This document shows, piece by piece, positions 1 through 10,560 of a stretch of 64,000 nucleotides of DNA. The notes below the pieces were generated by a model. That model saw only the letters and a list, made by a program, of their open reading frames with translations. It was not told the DNA's origin and did no database searches. A program made the position numbers and the translations under genes. Position 1 is the stretch's first letter; each line of letters opens with the position of its first letter. Where the stretch lies: positions 30,256,001 to 30,320,000 of the forward strand of contig NC_059439.1 in assembly GCF_021028975.2 (NCBI RefSeq), given 5' to 3'. This DNA comes from Sphaerodactylus townsendi. Lineage: Eukaryota.

Positions 1-2
1 AG

Positions 3-3000
3 AGTTTTAGCTTCTCGCCCCCTGAAGCCAGTGTCGCCTTGCCTCTCCGCCCTGCGAGAACTGTTGGACGTTGGGCCCCAGCTTTAAAGGGCTTTAAGGG
101 CCGGGCCTTCTGCTTTCTGCCTCTTCCGATAGAGTCTGGCCTTCCTCTGCACCTCACAGCGGCCTTTGCTGTGCTCAGTAATCGCAAAGGACTGTGGGAT
201 TCCACCGAGAAGGGTCAGTGGAACAGGGCGCTCCTTCAGCATTCGGTGCTGGGGGCCTGGCTGGGGGCGCTGGGCCAGCTGCGAGACATGTGCCGCGAGG
301 GGCTGCTGGAAGGCTACGAGTACCACACCTTCTGGCCCGACGTGAGCCACGCAAAGCATCCTTTCAGCGAGGCAGCCAAAGCTTTCTACCGAGCCTTAGT
401 TGACGGCGTCGACGGCAAGCAGCCGATCCTGTTCTCTGACGGCAAGAAGTGGTGCTCCGCCCAGCATGCTTGCATCCTAGATGAGGACGTTCTCCGCGAG
501 GAGCAGCTGAGACCCGTGGCGGTCAGGGTCTTCACTTCGCTCTTGTCAGAGCCAAAGATGGCAGTGAAGCTTCCGTCCCAGGTAAAGACGAGTTTCATAG
601 CGAGCACCTCGGCGGGCGTCCTGTTTTCCGGCACCTACAACTGGGCCCGCTTTTTCCGGGAGCTTGTCTTTCCCCGTTTACTTCAGCTGGCTGCGCCTGA
701 CCGGGATGCCCTGATTCTTCATGCCCTGGATAGGAAGGATGCCAGCTTGGATGCGCTTCTGGTGTCTCAGCCTTGCATTCCTGCAACGCCAAACCAACAG
801 CTGAAGGACATCAATACGCTGGTGCACCCAGGGGGACGTGCGGCACCACTCTACAAGCCCGAAGATGGCCGTTTCCCCACCGCTGCCGAGTTTCTGAAGC
901 CGGAAAGGCTGCTGCGCTTGGTGCAACTTGGTATGGCCCAAGACTGGGTCAGCATGGAAGAACTGATCGGCCGAGCTGGAACTGTGGCAGACTTGTGGCG
1001 CCTGGACCCCCACAAGGCCTGCCTGCGTGCCCGTCACATCCTGGCTCTCCTGGAGGACCATCTCCGGAAAAGCACCAGCAACGTTGCCCAAGTGGCGTTC
1101 AGAGAAATTCCCTTCTTGCCAGCCGAGTTTCCCAGCAACCGCAGTGGAGTGTGTTGCCCCAACAGGATTTATCACTACAAGCTTCAGCCCCTAGTGGGCT
1201 TGGTAGAACCTGTTCTAGACAAGAAGGCCCTTGGGGAAGGCCTGACGCTCTCCCACGAACTGAAGGAATTCTTAGGACTGAGTCGTCAGCCGCCAGTTGC
1301 CACGGTATTAAGGCAGCTGGAAACAGCGTCGCGTGGCTCCAATGCGCTGAATAGGACAACGCTGGCTCAGGTGACACAAAAATGTTATGCCTTCCTGAAT
1401 GACATGGTGCAGAAGAGCAGTCAGTGCAGGCTGGAAGTATTCCAAAAGGCGCAGTCGTTTCCCTTTGTTCTGGTGGGCTCTAGCTTTGTATCAGTTCACA
1501 AGGTGGCCCACAAGGTGACCTTTCACGCCGCTCCACACCTGTTCCAACTGCCTGAGGAATACCTGCCGCAGAAAGAGCTGTGGGACTGCATAGGGATGTC
1601 CCATACCTTTAAAGTGGAGGACTACGCTGCAGTGTTGCAAACTCTCGCCAAGAAGACAGGTGGAAATGCTCTTTCGGAAGAGCAGCTGCACCTGGTCCTC
1701 CGACTGATAGTTGTAGGTCTAGTTGAGGCCTTGCCAGAGGGCCAGCATCTGGATCCTTTTGTGGCCCAGAGCATCTCCTTCCCAGACGGACACAAAATCC
1801 TGCGTCCCTTGCCCAAGCTGCTGTTCGATGACTCGCCATGGGTCCCACGGGAGGAAGGGATCCTGCTCTGCCATTCCCAGATCTCGCGAGAAGTTGCCAT
1901 TCGCTGTGGAATTCCCACCACAAGGCACCGTATGTTGTCACAGCAGCAAATTCAGGGCCTCTCCCGGTGGGCCAGTAATTTTGGAGCCAGAGAGGACCTC
2001 AGCACCCGGTTAGCCAACATCCTCCGTGAGTACTCCTCCTCGCGGGACGTGCTGAAGGAACTTCTGCAGAATGCGGACGATGCCGGTGCAAGCGTCGTAC
2101 ACTTTCTCTGGGACCAACGTCGCCACCCAACACATCGTGTCTTTGGTGATGAATGGAAAGATCTCCAAGGCCCAGCCCTCTGCGTCTACAATGACCGCCC
2201 CTTTGAAATGTGTGATATAGAAGGGATCCAGCGTTTGGGCTCTGGTGGGAAAGGTGGGCGACGGGATACTACTGGCAAATATGGTCTAGGGTTCAACACA
2301 GTTTACCACTTGACCGACTGCCCCGCCTTTGTGACAGGCAACAGCGCCCTGTGCGTGTTTGACCCCACCTTACGCTACCTGTCTGTTTCTAATGCAACCA
2401 ACCCTGGAGGAATGTTCAGCCTCACTGGAGATTTCAAGGATAACTTCCCTGATGTTTATAACACCTTCTTGCCTGAATTGTTTGATCTGGAACATAGTAC
2501 AGTTTTCCGATTACCCTTGCGTACCCCTGAAGGGGCAGCAGCCTCCCCTATCTGCCAGCATTCTGTGTCGGAGGATGATATGCTAAGTATGTTGCGGGCT
2601 CTCGAGGAAGAGGCAGACTGCTTCATGATGTTCCTCAACCATGTTCACTGCGTGGCTTTCTCCGTGATCGAGGAGAATGAGAAAACACCCAGAGAAGTGC
2701 TCAGGGTGACGGCTGAAGGCGGGGAGCCTGAAAGACTGGAATACCAGAAAAAGTTCCACCAAGCCGCCACAGCCGGCGGGAGAGATGCCGGCGAGCCAGT
2801 AAGGGTCTTTTATAGAATGAAGGTGAAGAATAACTTGCATGAGACTCCCAGAGAATGGCTAATCGGCAGACAGATTGGAGTAGAGGGCGTGGACGCTGTG
2901 GAAGGCACGCATTTCCCATATGGTGGCGTGGCTGCTTGTCTTGATGGGCAAACAACCGGCAGGAGCTTCTGCACGCTGCCGCTGCCAGCAAAAACAGGCC

Positions 3001-6000
3001 TCCCCGTCCACATCAACGGGAACTTCGAGGTAGATTCTGCTCGGCGGGACTTGCGGAAGGATGACAACAAGGACAGCCCTGAGATGGAATGGAATAGCTT
3101 TCTGCTGCAGAGCCTCATAGCTCCTTTGTATCTCCACCTACTGGAGGAGCTGTGCAAGGTGGTGGGAAATCCACCGCTGCAGGCGTTCTCCCTGGAAGCA
3201 TGGCTGCCACTGTTAGATTCAGAGTTTTTAAGGCATTTCCCGCTTGTGACCGATCATGTCCCCCCGTTCTGGCATCAGCTAGTGAACTGTGTCTACGTGC
3301 TGGCATCTGAGAAGCAGCTTCCACTATTGCCAGTCTACCAGAAGAAGACCAAGTCCATACATAAGTATAAACAAGAGGTGGTGAGTATATCCTGGAGCGC
3401 ACCCCGACGAGGACACTTGACCAAAGATCCCTATTTCCTGGAGGTTAAGCCAAATGACTCTCTTGAAGGTGCTCTCCAGAATCTGGGCATGCTCTTAGTG
3501 CCTGCCTTCCAGCGTCTATGGGAAATCCATGACCAGTTTGTCAAGGCCGGAGTTGACATTCTAACCCTGGATTCGTCGTCCCTCTGCAGCTTTCTCAAGA
3601 GTTTGCCTGCCTTGGGCCTGCCACGTCCACTAAACCAAACACCTATGAAGAACAGTTCGAAGTGCTCTTCTCTTCTCAACTTTTGCCTTAACGGGTTGTG
3701 CTCTGAGGATATCAGACGCATGGAAGATCTTCCTTTACTGGTAACCCGGGATGGTATGCTCCGGCATTTCAGTCTGCAAGATCCTGTCTACCAGGGTAGT
3801 ACTTTTGAACTTTTCCCACGCCATCAGGATCGTTTCTCTGCCTGTATCATTGACCGCCTGGAGGCCAAGCAACTGTTGCTAGAGGCTGGGTTTGTGAAAG
3901 AGTTCACTCTCAGCGAATCTGCTGTTTACATCCAGGAGAGGCTGAGACTGAAAGACTGGGGCACTGATGGTAACAAACTTGACTGGCTACGTAAAGTGTG
4001 GGGTTTTTTTGAAAAGCAAATCTGTGCATCTTCCGAACAGGACAAGAGGAACCAGCTGTTTCAAGAGCTGGTCTCTCTCTTCAAAGGCTGGCCCATCCTT
4101 CCTGTGCGTGGCTGTGGTCCGGACTTGATTTCCCTTGACTCCCTAAGCCCGGTTATATACTCTCACGATGGAAGTGTTGCTGAAGTGCTCTGCAAGCTGG
4201 GCTTTGCCGAACTGAACACTTCTCTTCTGCCTTCAGAGCTCACGATACACTGCATCAAGCCACAGCTGCTTCAGACAAACGACCCTGCCGCAGTGCTGAC
4301 CCAGTTGGCTGCCCAGCCCAGCCTGAATTGGCATCAGCTTCGACAGTGGGAATTTCAACAACTCTTGAGGTTCCTGAGCACAGATCTGCCGAAGTTAAAG
4401 GGTGACCGTGGGTTACTCAACAAGCTGAAGGCCCTGCCGATATTTGAGACTCATCAGGGGCAGCACGTGTCACTGGCTCGGTACCAGAATGTCTACTTGC
4501 TGAAGTCCATTTTCACAGAGATGTCCAGGAATTTCAGGAAGCTTTATAAGGCAGATAAAGGGTTGATATTGCTTAAGGACAACGAACTGAACAGACAAGT
4601 GAGCAAGTGCTTGGATATTGACATAATAAACGAGCTGCAGCAGTTTGTGAAATTCCTCTTGCCTTGTTTGCCGCTTCTCCCAGAGGCCCTCCTGCTGGAG
4701 GCAGTGCAGTTACTCCTCCTCCTCAAGACATACTATCTAGAGTACGAGGATCATAAGAAGACTGTGATATCAAACTTCCAGCCCATTGCCTTCATCCGGG
4801 ACAAGCAAAATGTGTTGCGTCCTGCGTCCTACTTTTATGACAGCAGCGTGGAGCTTTTTCAGAAGATGGGGCTGGAGTCCCGATTTGTGCCAGACAGCTT
4901 CTACCAGATCGTGTGCACAGGCAACAGATCAGAAGTGGTTGGATTCTTAAAGGACATAGGCCTGCAGCATGAGGCAACGGAGGAGGATTTCCTACGGTTT
5001 GCAGTCCAGATTGAGAAAGAGGCATTGAAGTTTGGTGCTATGTCCGGTGAGCTTCCTGTCCAACGAAAAGCACTTCTGTCGCACCTGCTTCAGAAGACAA
5101 GTGAGTCTTTAACAGGTGCCTTCTTGGATCAGCTGTCCAAGGTACGTTTCTTGGCACCTCGGCCCATTCGTGCCGATCTGTGCAACCTCCGCTCACCATT
5201 CGTCTCTAAGAACGCTGCAGTGGCACCCCGAGATTCTTTATGTACTCGGGGGAAAACTGAACTAGCTTGGACATCAGCAGTGTTTCTGGATCACTTTGAA
5301 ATATTATTAGACGAAAACAAAAAGGCCATTCTGGCACGCCTAAGGGTACAATGTGCCTTATCAGCCCAGTTAGTCATGACAAATTTGAGCAATGTATGTC
5401 AGGCAGAATGCAATACTCCGAAAACCAAGGAAACTCGAGCAGATGTCATCCAACTGATGTATGATTACTTGTTGAAACAGGAGACTATAAACACTAGATA
5501 TGTCAGCGGACGCCCTGTGGTGCTGGTAGATGATGATGAAGTAGCAGAAGCCCAACACGTGGTGGTGTGTCTGAACAACTGGGGCGAACTCCGACCGTAC
5601 CTCTACAGGTTGCTCCCAGAGCTAGCTCCCTACCGCAAACTTCTGGAGAAATTTGGGGTGCAAGTTGAACCCACCGTCCGTCACTATGCCAGTGTCTTGG
5701 CCAGGATCCACCACGAGACCACGCAGAAGTGCAAACTGCAACCCAACCTCATTAAAACAATACAACGCACCACTCGGTGCTTCTTCCGTCTTCTCGCTGA
5801 AGCAAAAGAACCAGTGGACTTCTCAGGCTTGAAGGAACTTTATCTGCCTTGCACTGATGGGAAGCTTTACCTATCTAATACCGTAGTCTTTAACGATTGC
5901 GCTACTGGCGCAATCCTCCAGGCCTTGCATGCTGAATTTCACTTCCTAGAGGATTTATTTAGCCACTACTGGTCATTTGAGACCTATAACCTCAGAAACC

Positions 6001-7796
6001 TATTGCTTCTGCTGCCAGAAGTCCTGCAACCCAAGAGGCTGTCGGACATCACCAGAGAGCAACTGGATGAGTCATCTCTAGAATTCTGCCCCTATGGAGT
6101 TCATTGCGAATTCCAGTCCCGCTTTAAAGAACTTCTGGTTGCTCCTGAGTTCCAGGACGCCCTTGTTGCGCTGCTAAGGTGGCAGAAAACAACCAAGGAA
6201 GCGGCTAAGGAGGAAGAGGCTGACAGGATACACGCTGGACTCTTCTCACTGGATCAGTTGGAGGTCATTTGCTGTGAGGTGCTGCGCACTGTGATGGTTC
6301 ACAAGTCACAGAGTTTAGCGGGAAGCCAAGAGGACAAGACAGTGTATGTTACAGCAATGCCAGATGGGAAGCAGCACATTTATCTTTTGCACCAGGAGAG
6401 TTTGCATGATCGAAAGGCTGTGAAGATCTCTGGCATCTTGGCTGATGAAGTGAACAAGCTCCTTGGAAAGAGGCTTGGCGTGCTTGCCGTGTGTGTCCTT
6501 AGAGAGCTTCTGGCTTGCCAAGGCCCAGAAGAAATGGCTGAAGTGATGAATGAATACAGAGTGCCCCTCCAGCAGCGCACTCTCAGAGATGCCTTCGCTC
6601 TTCCTGATCCTGGGGAGGAGATACCTGAAGAGTGGCATGATAGCCTGGACATGAGCATCCTGCATTCTTTCATGCCAGGAGATTACGTCGGTTTCTTGGA
6701 CCCTTCAGTGCAAGGTGAGCATTATATCTATGCTGTGGTCTTGGAGGCCCTGGAGCCACAGCAGAGTGGAGCTGGACAGGTGCACATGTACCGTGTGGAT
6801 GTGGGCGGTGGGCAGCAATTAGAGGTCAGCGCTTATGATCTGTACCGCTTCCGGCGGAGCACGCCGGCGTCTGACTCGAGCCAAGCTGTGGTATTGCGAC
6901 GGAGTTCCCCCAAAGGTGCTGCCACAGTGGATCTAAATGATGGCAATTGGTACCAGCAGCCGCTGAGCGAAGTGAAGCAAAAGGTAGATGCCTGCCTAGC
7001 TGAGATTTGGAGTCTGTCGGAGGAAGAGAGGAAGAAGGCCATGCGAAGGCTCTATCTGTGCTACCACCCAGATAAAAACCTGGGTCAGGAGGATTTGGCC
7101 AGTGAAATCTTCAAGTACCTTAAAGGGAAAATCGAAGAGATGCAGAACAAGAGCAAGCCCCAGAGTTGCAGTAGCAGGGGGCCTGGAAGCAGCGGTTCCT
7201 TCAATAGAAGCAGCTGGAACTTCTCAAACGATTGGACTGAATGGGACCGGCAAGCTCATCGACACCAAGAGAAGCGCCAGGAATTCACCAGGCAAAAAGA
7301 GAGCGGAAGAGGCAGAGGCAGCTTCACATACAACTTCTGGTCTTTCCACAAGCCTGGAACGAAAGGGTGTCAATCAAAGTGCTCTGGCATGGAGGAGGCA
7401 AGGCGCTGGCTTCGGCAGGCAGAGTACGACTTGCGGGCAGCAGCCAACGAGGTGTGCAACAGCAGCACGGAATGGCTACTTTACAAAACTTACCGCGCGG
7501 TGGAGAAGGCCCTCGCAGCGGTTGAGTACAAGCAAGGCGGGCATTTTGACAGCAATCTGTCAGTCACAATGCTGGCTGCTAAGGTGGCAGCCTACGGACC
7601 AAAACTGGCTGTGATTCGTGACCAAGTGTCCAAACTCCGCCAGCACGGCATGGACGACAAGACAACGCAGTATCCTAAATACCACTTGCCACCTACCATT
7701 CCCAATGAGGCCTTCCACACATGTAAAGAACCGGAGGTGCTGCTGTTAGGGCAGGAGGTTCTAGACACAGTAAGGAGGTGGCTTGGCCAGAGTTGA
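3..7796 (+). CDS. Sacsin-like protein (divergent SACS paralogue), 3' part of a giant exon; 5'-truncated by the window
   Basis: Frame is open from base 3 to TGA at 7794-7796 (>2590 codons, no intron). Sacsin repeat motifs: FCFLPLPIESGLPLHLTAAFAVLSNRKGLW, FGAREDLSTRLANILREY..KELLQNADDAGA (HSP90-like ATPase, ~1980-2520), GKYGLGFNTVYHLTDCP, LPVHINGNFEVDSARRDL. J-domain RRLYLCYHPDKN (HPD at 7065-7073). C-terminal HEPN EEARRWLRQA..TQYP..IPNEAF. AATAAA near 8091 and 8180. Confidence 0.93.
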   Translation, partial: SFSFSPPEASVALPLRPARTVGRWAPALKGFKGRAFCFLPLPIESGLPLHLTAAFAVLSNRKGLWDSTEKGQWNRALLQHSVLGAWLGALGQLRDMCREGLLEGYEYHTFWPDVSHAKHPFSEAAKAFYRALVDGVDGKQPILFSDGKKWCSAQHACILDEDVLREEQLRPVAVRVFTSLLSEPKMAVKLPSQVKTSFIASTSAGVLFSGTYNWARFFRELVFPRLLQLAAPDRDALILHALDRKDASLDALLVSQPCIPATPNQQLKDINTLVHPGGRAAPLYKPEDGRFPTAAEFLKPERLLRLVQLGMAQDWVSMEELIGRAGTVADLWRLDPHKACLRARHILALLEDHLRKSTSNVAQVAFREIPFLPAEFPSNRSGVCCPNRIYHYKLQPLVGLVEPVLDKKALGEGLTLSHELKEFLGLSRQPPVATVLRQLETASRGSNALNRTTLAQVTQKCYAFLNDMVQKSSQCRLEVFQKAQSFPFVLVGSSFVSVHKVAHKVTFHAAPHLFQLPEEYLPQKELWDCIGMSHTFKVEDYAAVLQTLAKKTGGNALSEEQLHLVLRLIVVGLVEALPEGQHLDPFVAQSISFPDGHKILRPLPKLLFDDSPWVPREEGILLCHSQISREVAIRCGIPTTRHRMLSQQQIQGLSRWASNFGAREDLSTRLANILREYSSSRDVLKELLQNADDAGASVVHFLWDQRRHPTHRVFGDEWKDLQGPALCVYNDRPFEMCDIEGIQRLGSGGKGGRRDTTGKYGLGFNTVYHLTDCPAFVTGNSALCVFDPTLRYLSVSNATNPGGMFSLTGDFKDNFPDVYNTFLPELFDLEHSTVFRLPLRTPEGAAASPICQHSVSEDDMLSMLRALEEEADCFMMFLNHVHCVAFSVIEENEKTPREVLRVTAEGGEPERLEYQKKFHQAATAGGRDAGEPVRVFYRMKVKNNLHETPREWLIGRQIGVEGVDAVEGTHFPYGGVAACLDGQTTGRSFCTLPLPAKTGLPVHINGNFEVDSARRDLRKDDNKDSPEMEWNSFLLQSLIAPLYLHLLEELCKVVGNPPLQAFSLEAWLPLLDSEFLRHFPLVTDHVPPFWHQLVNCVYVLASEKQLPLLPVYQKKTKSIHKYKQEVVSISWSAPRRGHLTKDPYFLEVKPNDSLEGALQNLGMLLVPAFQRLWEIHDQFVKAGVDILTLDSSSLCSFLKSLPALGLPRPLNQTPMKNSSKCSSLLNFCLNGLCSEDIRRMEDLPLLVTRDGMLRHFSLQDPVYQGSTFELFPRHQDRFSACIIDRLEAKQLLLEAGFVKEFTLSESAVYIQERLRLKDWGTDGNKLDWLRKVWGFFEKQICASSEQDKRNQLFQELVSLFKGWPILPVRGCGPDLISLDSLSPVIYSHDGSVAEVLCKLGFAELNTSLLPSELTIHCIKPQLLQTNDPAAVLTQLAAQPSLNWHQLRQWEFQQLLRFLSTDLPKLKGDRGLLNKLKALPIFETHQGQHVSLARYQNVYLLKSIFTEMSRNFRKLYKADKGLILLKDNELNRQVSKCLDIDIINELQQFVKFLLPCLPLLPEALLLEAVQLLLLLKTYYLEYEDHKKTVISNFQPIAFIRDKQNVLRPASYFYDSSVELFQKMGLESRFVPDSFYQIVCTGNRSEVVGFLKDIGLQHEATEEDFLRFAVQIEKEALKFGAMSGELPVQRKALLSHLLQKTSESLTGAFLDQLSKVRFLAPRPIRADLCNLRSPFVSKNAAVAPRDSLCTRGKTELAWTSAVFLDHFEILLDENKKAILARLRVQCALSAQLVMTNLSNVCQAECNTPKTKETRADVIQLMYDYLLKQETINTRYVSGRPVVLVDDDEVAEAQHVVVCLNNWGELRPYLYRLLPELAPYRKLLEKFGVQVEPTVRHYASVLARIHHETTQKCKLQPNLIKTIQRTTRCFFRLLAEAKEPVDFSGLKELYLPCTDGKLYLSNTVVFNDCATGAILQALHAEFHFLEDLFSHYWSFETYNLRNLLLLLPEVLQPKRLSDITREQLDESSLEFCPYGVHCEFQSRFKELLVAPEFQDALVALLRWQKTTKEAAKEEEADRIHAGLFSLDQLEVICCEVLRTVMVHKSQSLAGSQEDKTVYVTAMPDGKQHIYLLHQESLHDRKAVKISGILADEVNKLLGKRLGVLAVCVLRELLACQGPEEMAEVMNEYRVPLQQRTLRDAFALPDPGEEIPEEWHDSLDMSILHSFMPGDYVGFLDPSVQGEHYIYAVVLEALEPQQSGAGQVHMYRVDVGGGQQLEVSAYDLYRFRRSTPASDSSQAVVLRRSSPKGAATVDLNDGNWYQQPLSEVKQKVDACLAEIWSLSEEERKKAMRRLYLCYHPDKNLGQEDLASEIFKYLKGKIEEMQNKSKPQSCSSRGPGSSGSFNRSSWNFSNDWTEWDRQAHRHQEKRQEFTRQKESGRGRGSFTYNFWSFHKPGTKGCQSKCSGMEEARRWLRQAEYDLRAAANEVCNSSTEWLLYKTYRAVEKALAAVEYKQGGHFDSNLSVTMLAAKVAAYGPKLAVIRDQVSKLRQHGMDDKTTQYPKYHLPPTIPNEAFHTCKEPEVLLLGQEVLDTVRRWLGQS

Positions 7797-8660
7797 AAGT
7801 CTGAGGGTTTTTAAATGCCTATTGTGCATTCTAGTTTCTGTAACCTATAAAGGAAACCTTGGGATCAGTTCTTAAAATGCAAAGCGGGTAGCGGGAAGAA
7901 AATACGGTTAGTGTTTTGTCACACAGCTGGTTGATTTGGGGCTCTAAGCGAGAGAGCATTTGTATTGTATTGTATTGTATTATTTGATTTGTATACTGCC
8001 CTCCCCCGAAGGGCTCAGGGCGGTGAACAACAACAGCAAACATCAGTAACCATAACATCAGGCAACAAAACATTCAATAAACATAGGATCAATAAACCCA
8101 ACATTATAAACATAGAATTATATTGTATGCTATATTTAACAGTAACTGTTTTGTTGTACTTTTGACCTTTTTGTTTTTAAATAAATTTGATTTGCTAAGA
8201 AAAAAATTGTGCTGATTTCCCAATTGAATTTGGTAGGGAAGCAAAGGCTTCCATAGACAGCGACAGACCCTCCAGATGTTCTCAACCAACCATCTTTAAC
8301 CCCAACAATTTCTCAGCCATGTTTTTCACATTTGACTTCAGTTGCCGAAACTCTGACCACATCACTTAATTTTATTCCAGGCAGCTATGGCTTATCTTCC
8401 TTTGTATCAATGTACCATTATGTCAAAATATGTATCAGGTCCTCTGAATTCTCACTATTTTTTAAAGTACACATCACCTTTCCTTGTGGGGGAAAAAGAT
8501 ATTTCTACAACAAAATTAGCTCGTGACTTTAAAAAAGGCAGCTGGGAATAGATGCTAACAAATCACTACTTTAAAAGTCTTCCACAGAAATGGGCCGCAT
8601 GGAAGTGGAAGGCATGCACGTGTACTTTTTGTTATGTTTTACTTTATAAACTCCCTAGAT

Positions 8661-8795
8661 CATAGGTGTCAAACTCGTGGCCCTCCAGATGTTATGGACT
8701 ACAGTTCCCATCATCCCCCGCCCGCATGATTCTGGCAGGGGATGATGGGAACTGTAGTCCATAACATCTGGAGGGCCGTGAGTTTGACACCTGTG
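8661..8795. mobile_element. Palindromic non-autonomous hAT MITE
   Basis: Near-perfect hairpin (cataggtgtcaaactc...gagtttgacacctgtg) flanked by a perfect 8-bp TSD ccctagat (8653-8660, 8796-8803). Confidence 0.85.
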
Positions 8796-9189
8796 CCCTA
8801 GATAAATAGATATAGCCATAAGAACACAAGGCATGTCCTGTACATCCCATTCACGCAATTAACTGCACCTTAGTAATGCATACCTATGATGCTGTTGCTG
8901 AAAGGGTGATTCAAAGGAGCATCTGAGAATAGTTAGAAGGTTGGAAACAGCGCATAAAAAAGCAGTAAGGAGAAATTATTCGCTTCTTATTGCCTTTATT
9001 AAGTACATTTTAATCCCACACTTCCTCAAAGAAGCTCAGGGCAGTGGGGATTGCTGTCCATCTCCTGTTTTATTTTCACAACACATGGCTATTTGGCAAA
9101 GAAAATGTCAGTGCTAACCCCCTCAAGGGGAATATAACCCAAGAAGAAAAAGATGGTTACTAGGCTTCCACAGCCCTGTGGTGGGAGGG

Positions 9190-9604
9190 AGGGTTGCCAG
9201 ATCCAAGCTGGGAAACTCCTGGGGATGGAACCTGGGGAGGACAAGGACCTCAGTGGGGTACAGAGCCATAAAAAAGCCCTCCAAAGCAGACATGTTCTCG
9301 AGGAATTGGAGATGAGTTGTAATTTCAGGGAATCCGCAGGTACCACCTGGAGGTTGGCATCCCTATAGCATCCCTTTCCTCAATTTGCAGCAAGACGAGC
9401 ATCACCTACAGTTGTTAGCCCTGGGCTGGGTTTTAGGGGATGGAACCTAAGGAAGGTGGAGTCCAGGGGAGGACTTCAATGAGGTACAACAACATAGAAT
9501 TCACCTTCCAAAGAGGTAATTTTCTCCAGGTGAAATTATCTCTGTTGCCTGGAGATCAGTTGCAATGGAGGTCTGCAGTCATCACCTGGACATTGGCAAA
9601 CCCT
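9190..9604. mobile_element. Degenerate AGGGTTGCCA-terminated non-autonomous DNA transposon remnants (two adjacent)
   Basis: Starts agggttgcca at 9190; reverse-type termini ggttggcatcccta (~9364) and ttggcaaacccta (~9605); similar internal segments repeated. Confidence 0.4.
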
Positions 9605-9889
9605 ACTTTCACCTGTTGAATTTCTGCCTGTTGCAACTGGGAAATAAAAAGGCAGCCATTCCCGGCACTGAGAACTCCGAAAAAATGTCCCAAAACTGGG
9701 ATGTGGTTAGGGTTTTGGGTTTTTTTTGCAATTTTGTCTTTTTTACCTGTTGTAATGAAAGAATTGAACCTTGCAGCAATGAGAATTCAGCCCTGAGGAT
9801 GATGCAGCCTTTTTTTGTACACAGTAACCATGACAGTGTTCTGAACACACTAACAATGGTATTTATCTCTACATTTTCAAATGTTTGAA

Positions 9890-10560
9890 TTACGTGGGGC
9901 GAAATGAAAATTTGGCGCCACCCTAAATTGCAGAAGCGCACCTTCGACCTTCTCTACCCATTTCAAATATGGCGCCTGGGAGTTCGTGGCTGTCTTGGCA
10001 ACAGTAAAGATGGCGCCTCCCTGGAGTTTTTCGCTTATTGCCCAGACTACTCATGGCGGCTCTCTGCCCACTTCCCTTTGCCAGTAGTAAAGATGGTGCC
10101 TCAATTTCTCTCTTCTCCTCCGTTTCCCGGCTTAAAGGTATTAAGAACCGTAAAGATTTACTGCTGCTATTACTTTTCATGTGTTGAAAGCTTAACCGCT
10201 GACGCTATTTTGAGCAAATCTCCCCTTCCATCCCGGTGCCCTAACAAAAAATGGCGTCTCACCGAGGCTCTGAGATGCCTCCACCGTCCACTACCCCGTG
10301 CCCTCAGTAAAGATGGCCGCCACGCGCCCGTTCTTACTCCTCCCCACCTCTTTGCCCACAGAAAAGATGGGTGCAGAGAGGGGGGGTGGGGTGTCCTGTT
10401 AACTTCCACAGGGGCTGGATTCGAGGGTAGCGGGGACAGGCTCTTGCAGGAGGTCAACCCCCCCTCCCCCCAGCCGTTTGCTTCTCTGGGGGGTGGGAGA
10501 CGCTGTGCCCCCCCCTTCCTCTGGAGAGAAGGGACTCCCTCCGCTACGATGTAAGAAGTT
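9890..10560 (+). promoter_or_regulatory. FIZ1 promoter / non-coding first exon with clustered YY1-type motifs
   Basis: CpG-enriched; about 7 same-strand AAnATGG(C) motifs between 9965 and 10372; splice donor GTT|GTGAGT at 10561 (alternative GAT|GTAAGA at 10551). Confidence 0.65.

Noticed and set aside
9904-10554. 216-aa ORF across the FIZ1 promoter
   Set aside because: No recognisable homology; its recurring KDG/KMV/KW peptides simply translate the YY1 motifs.
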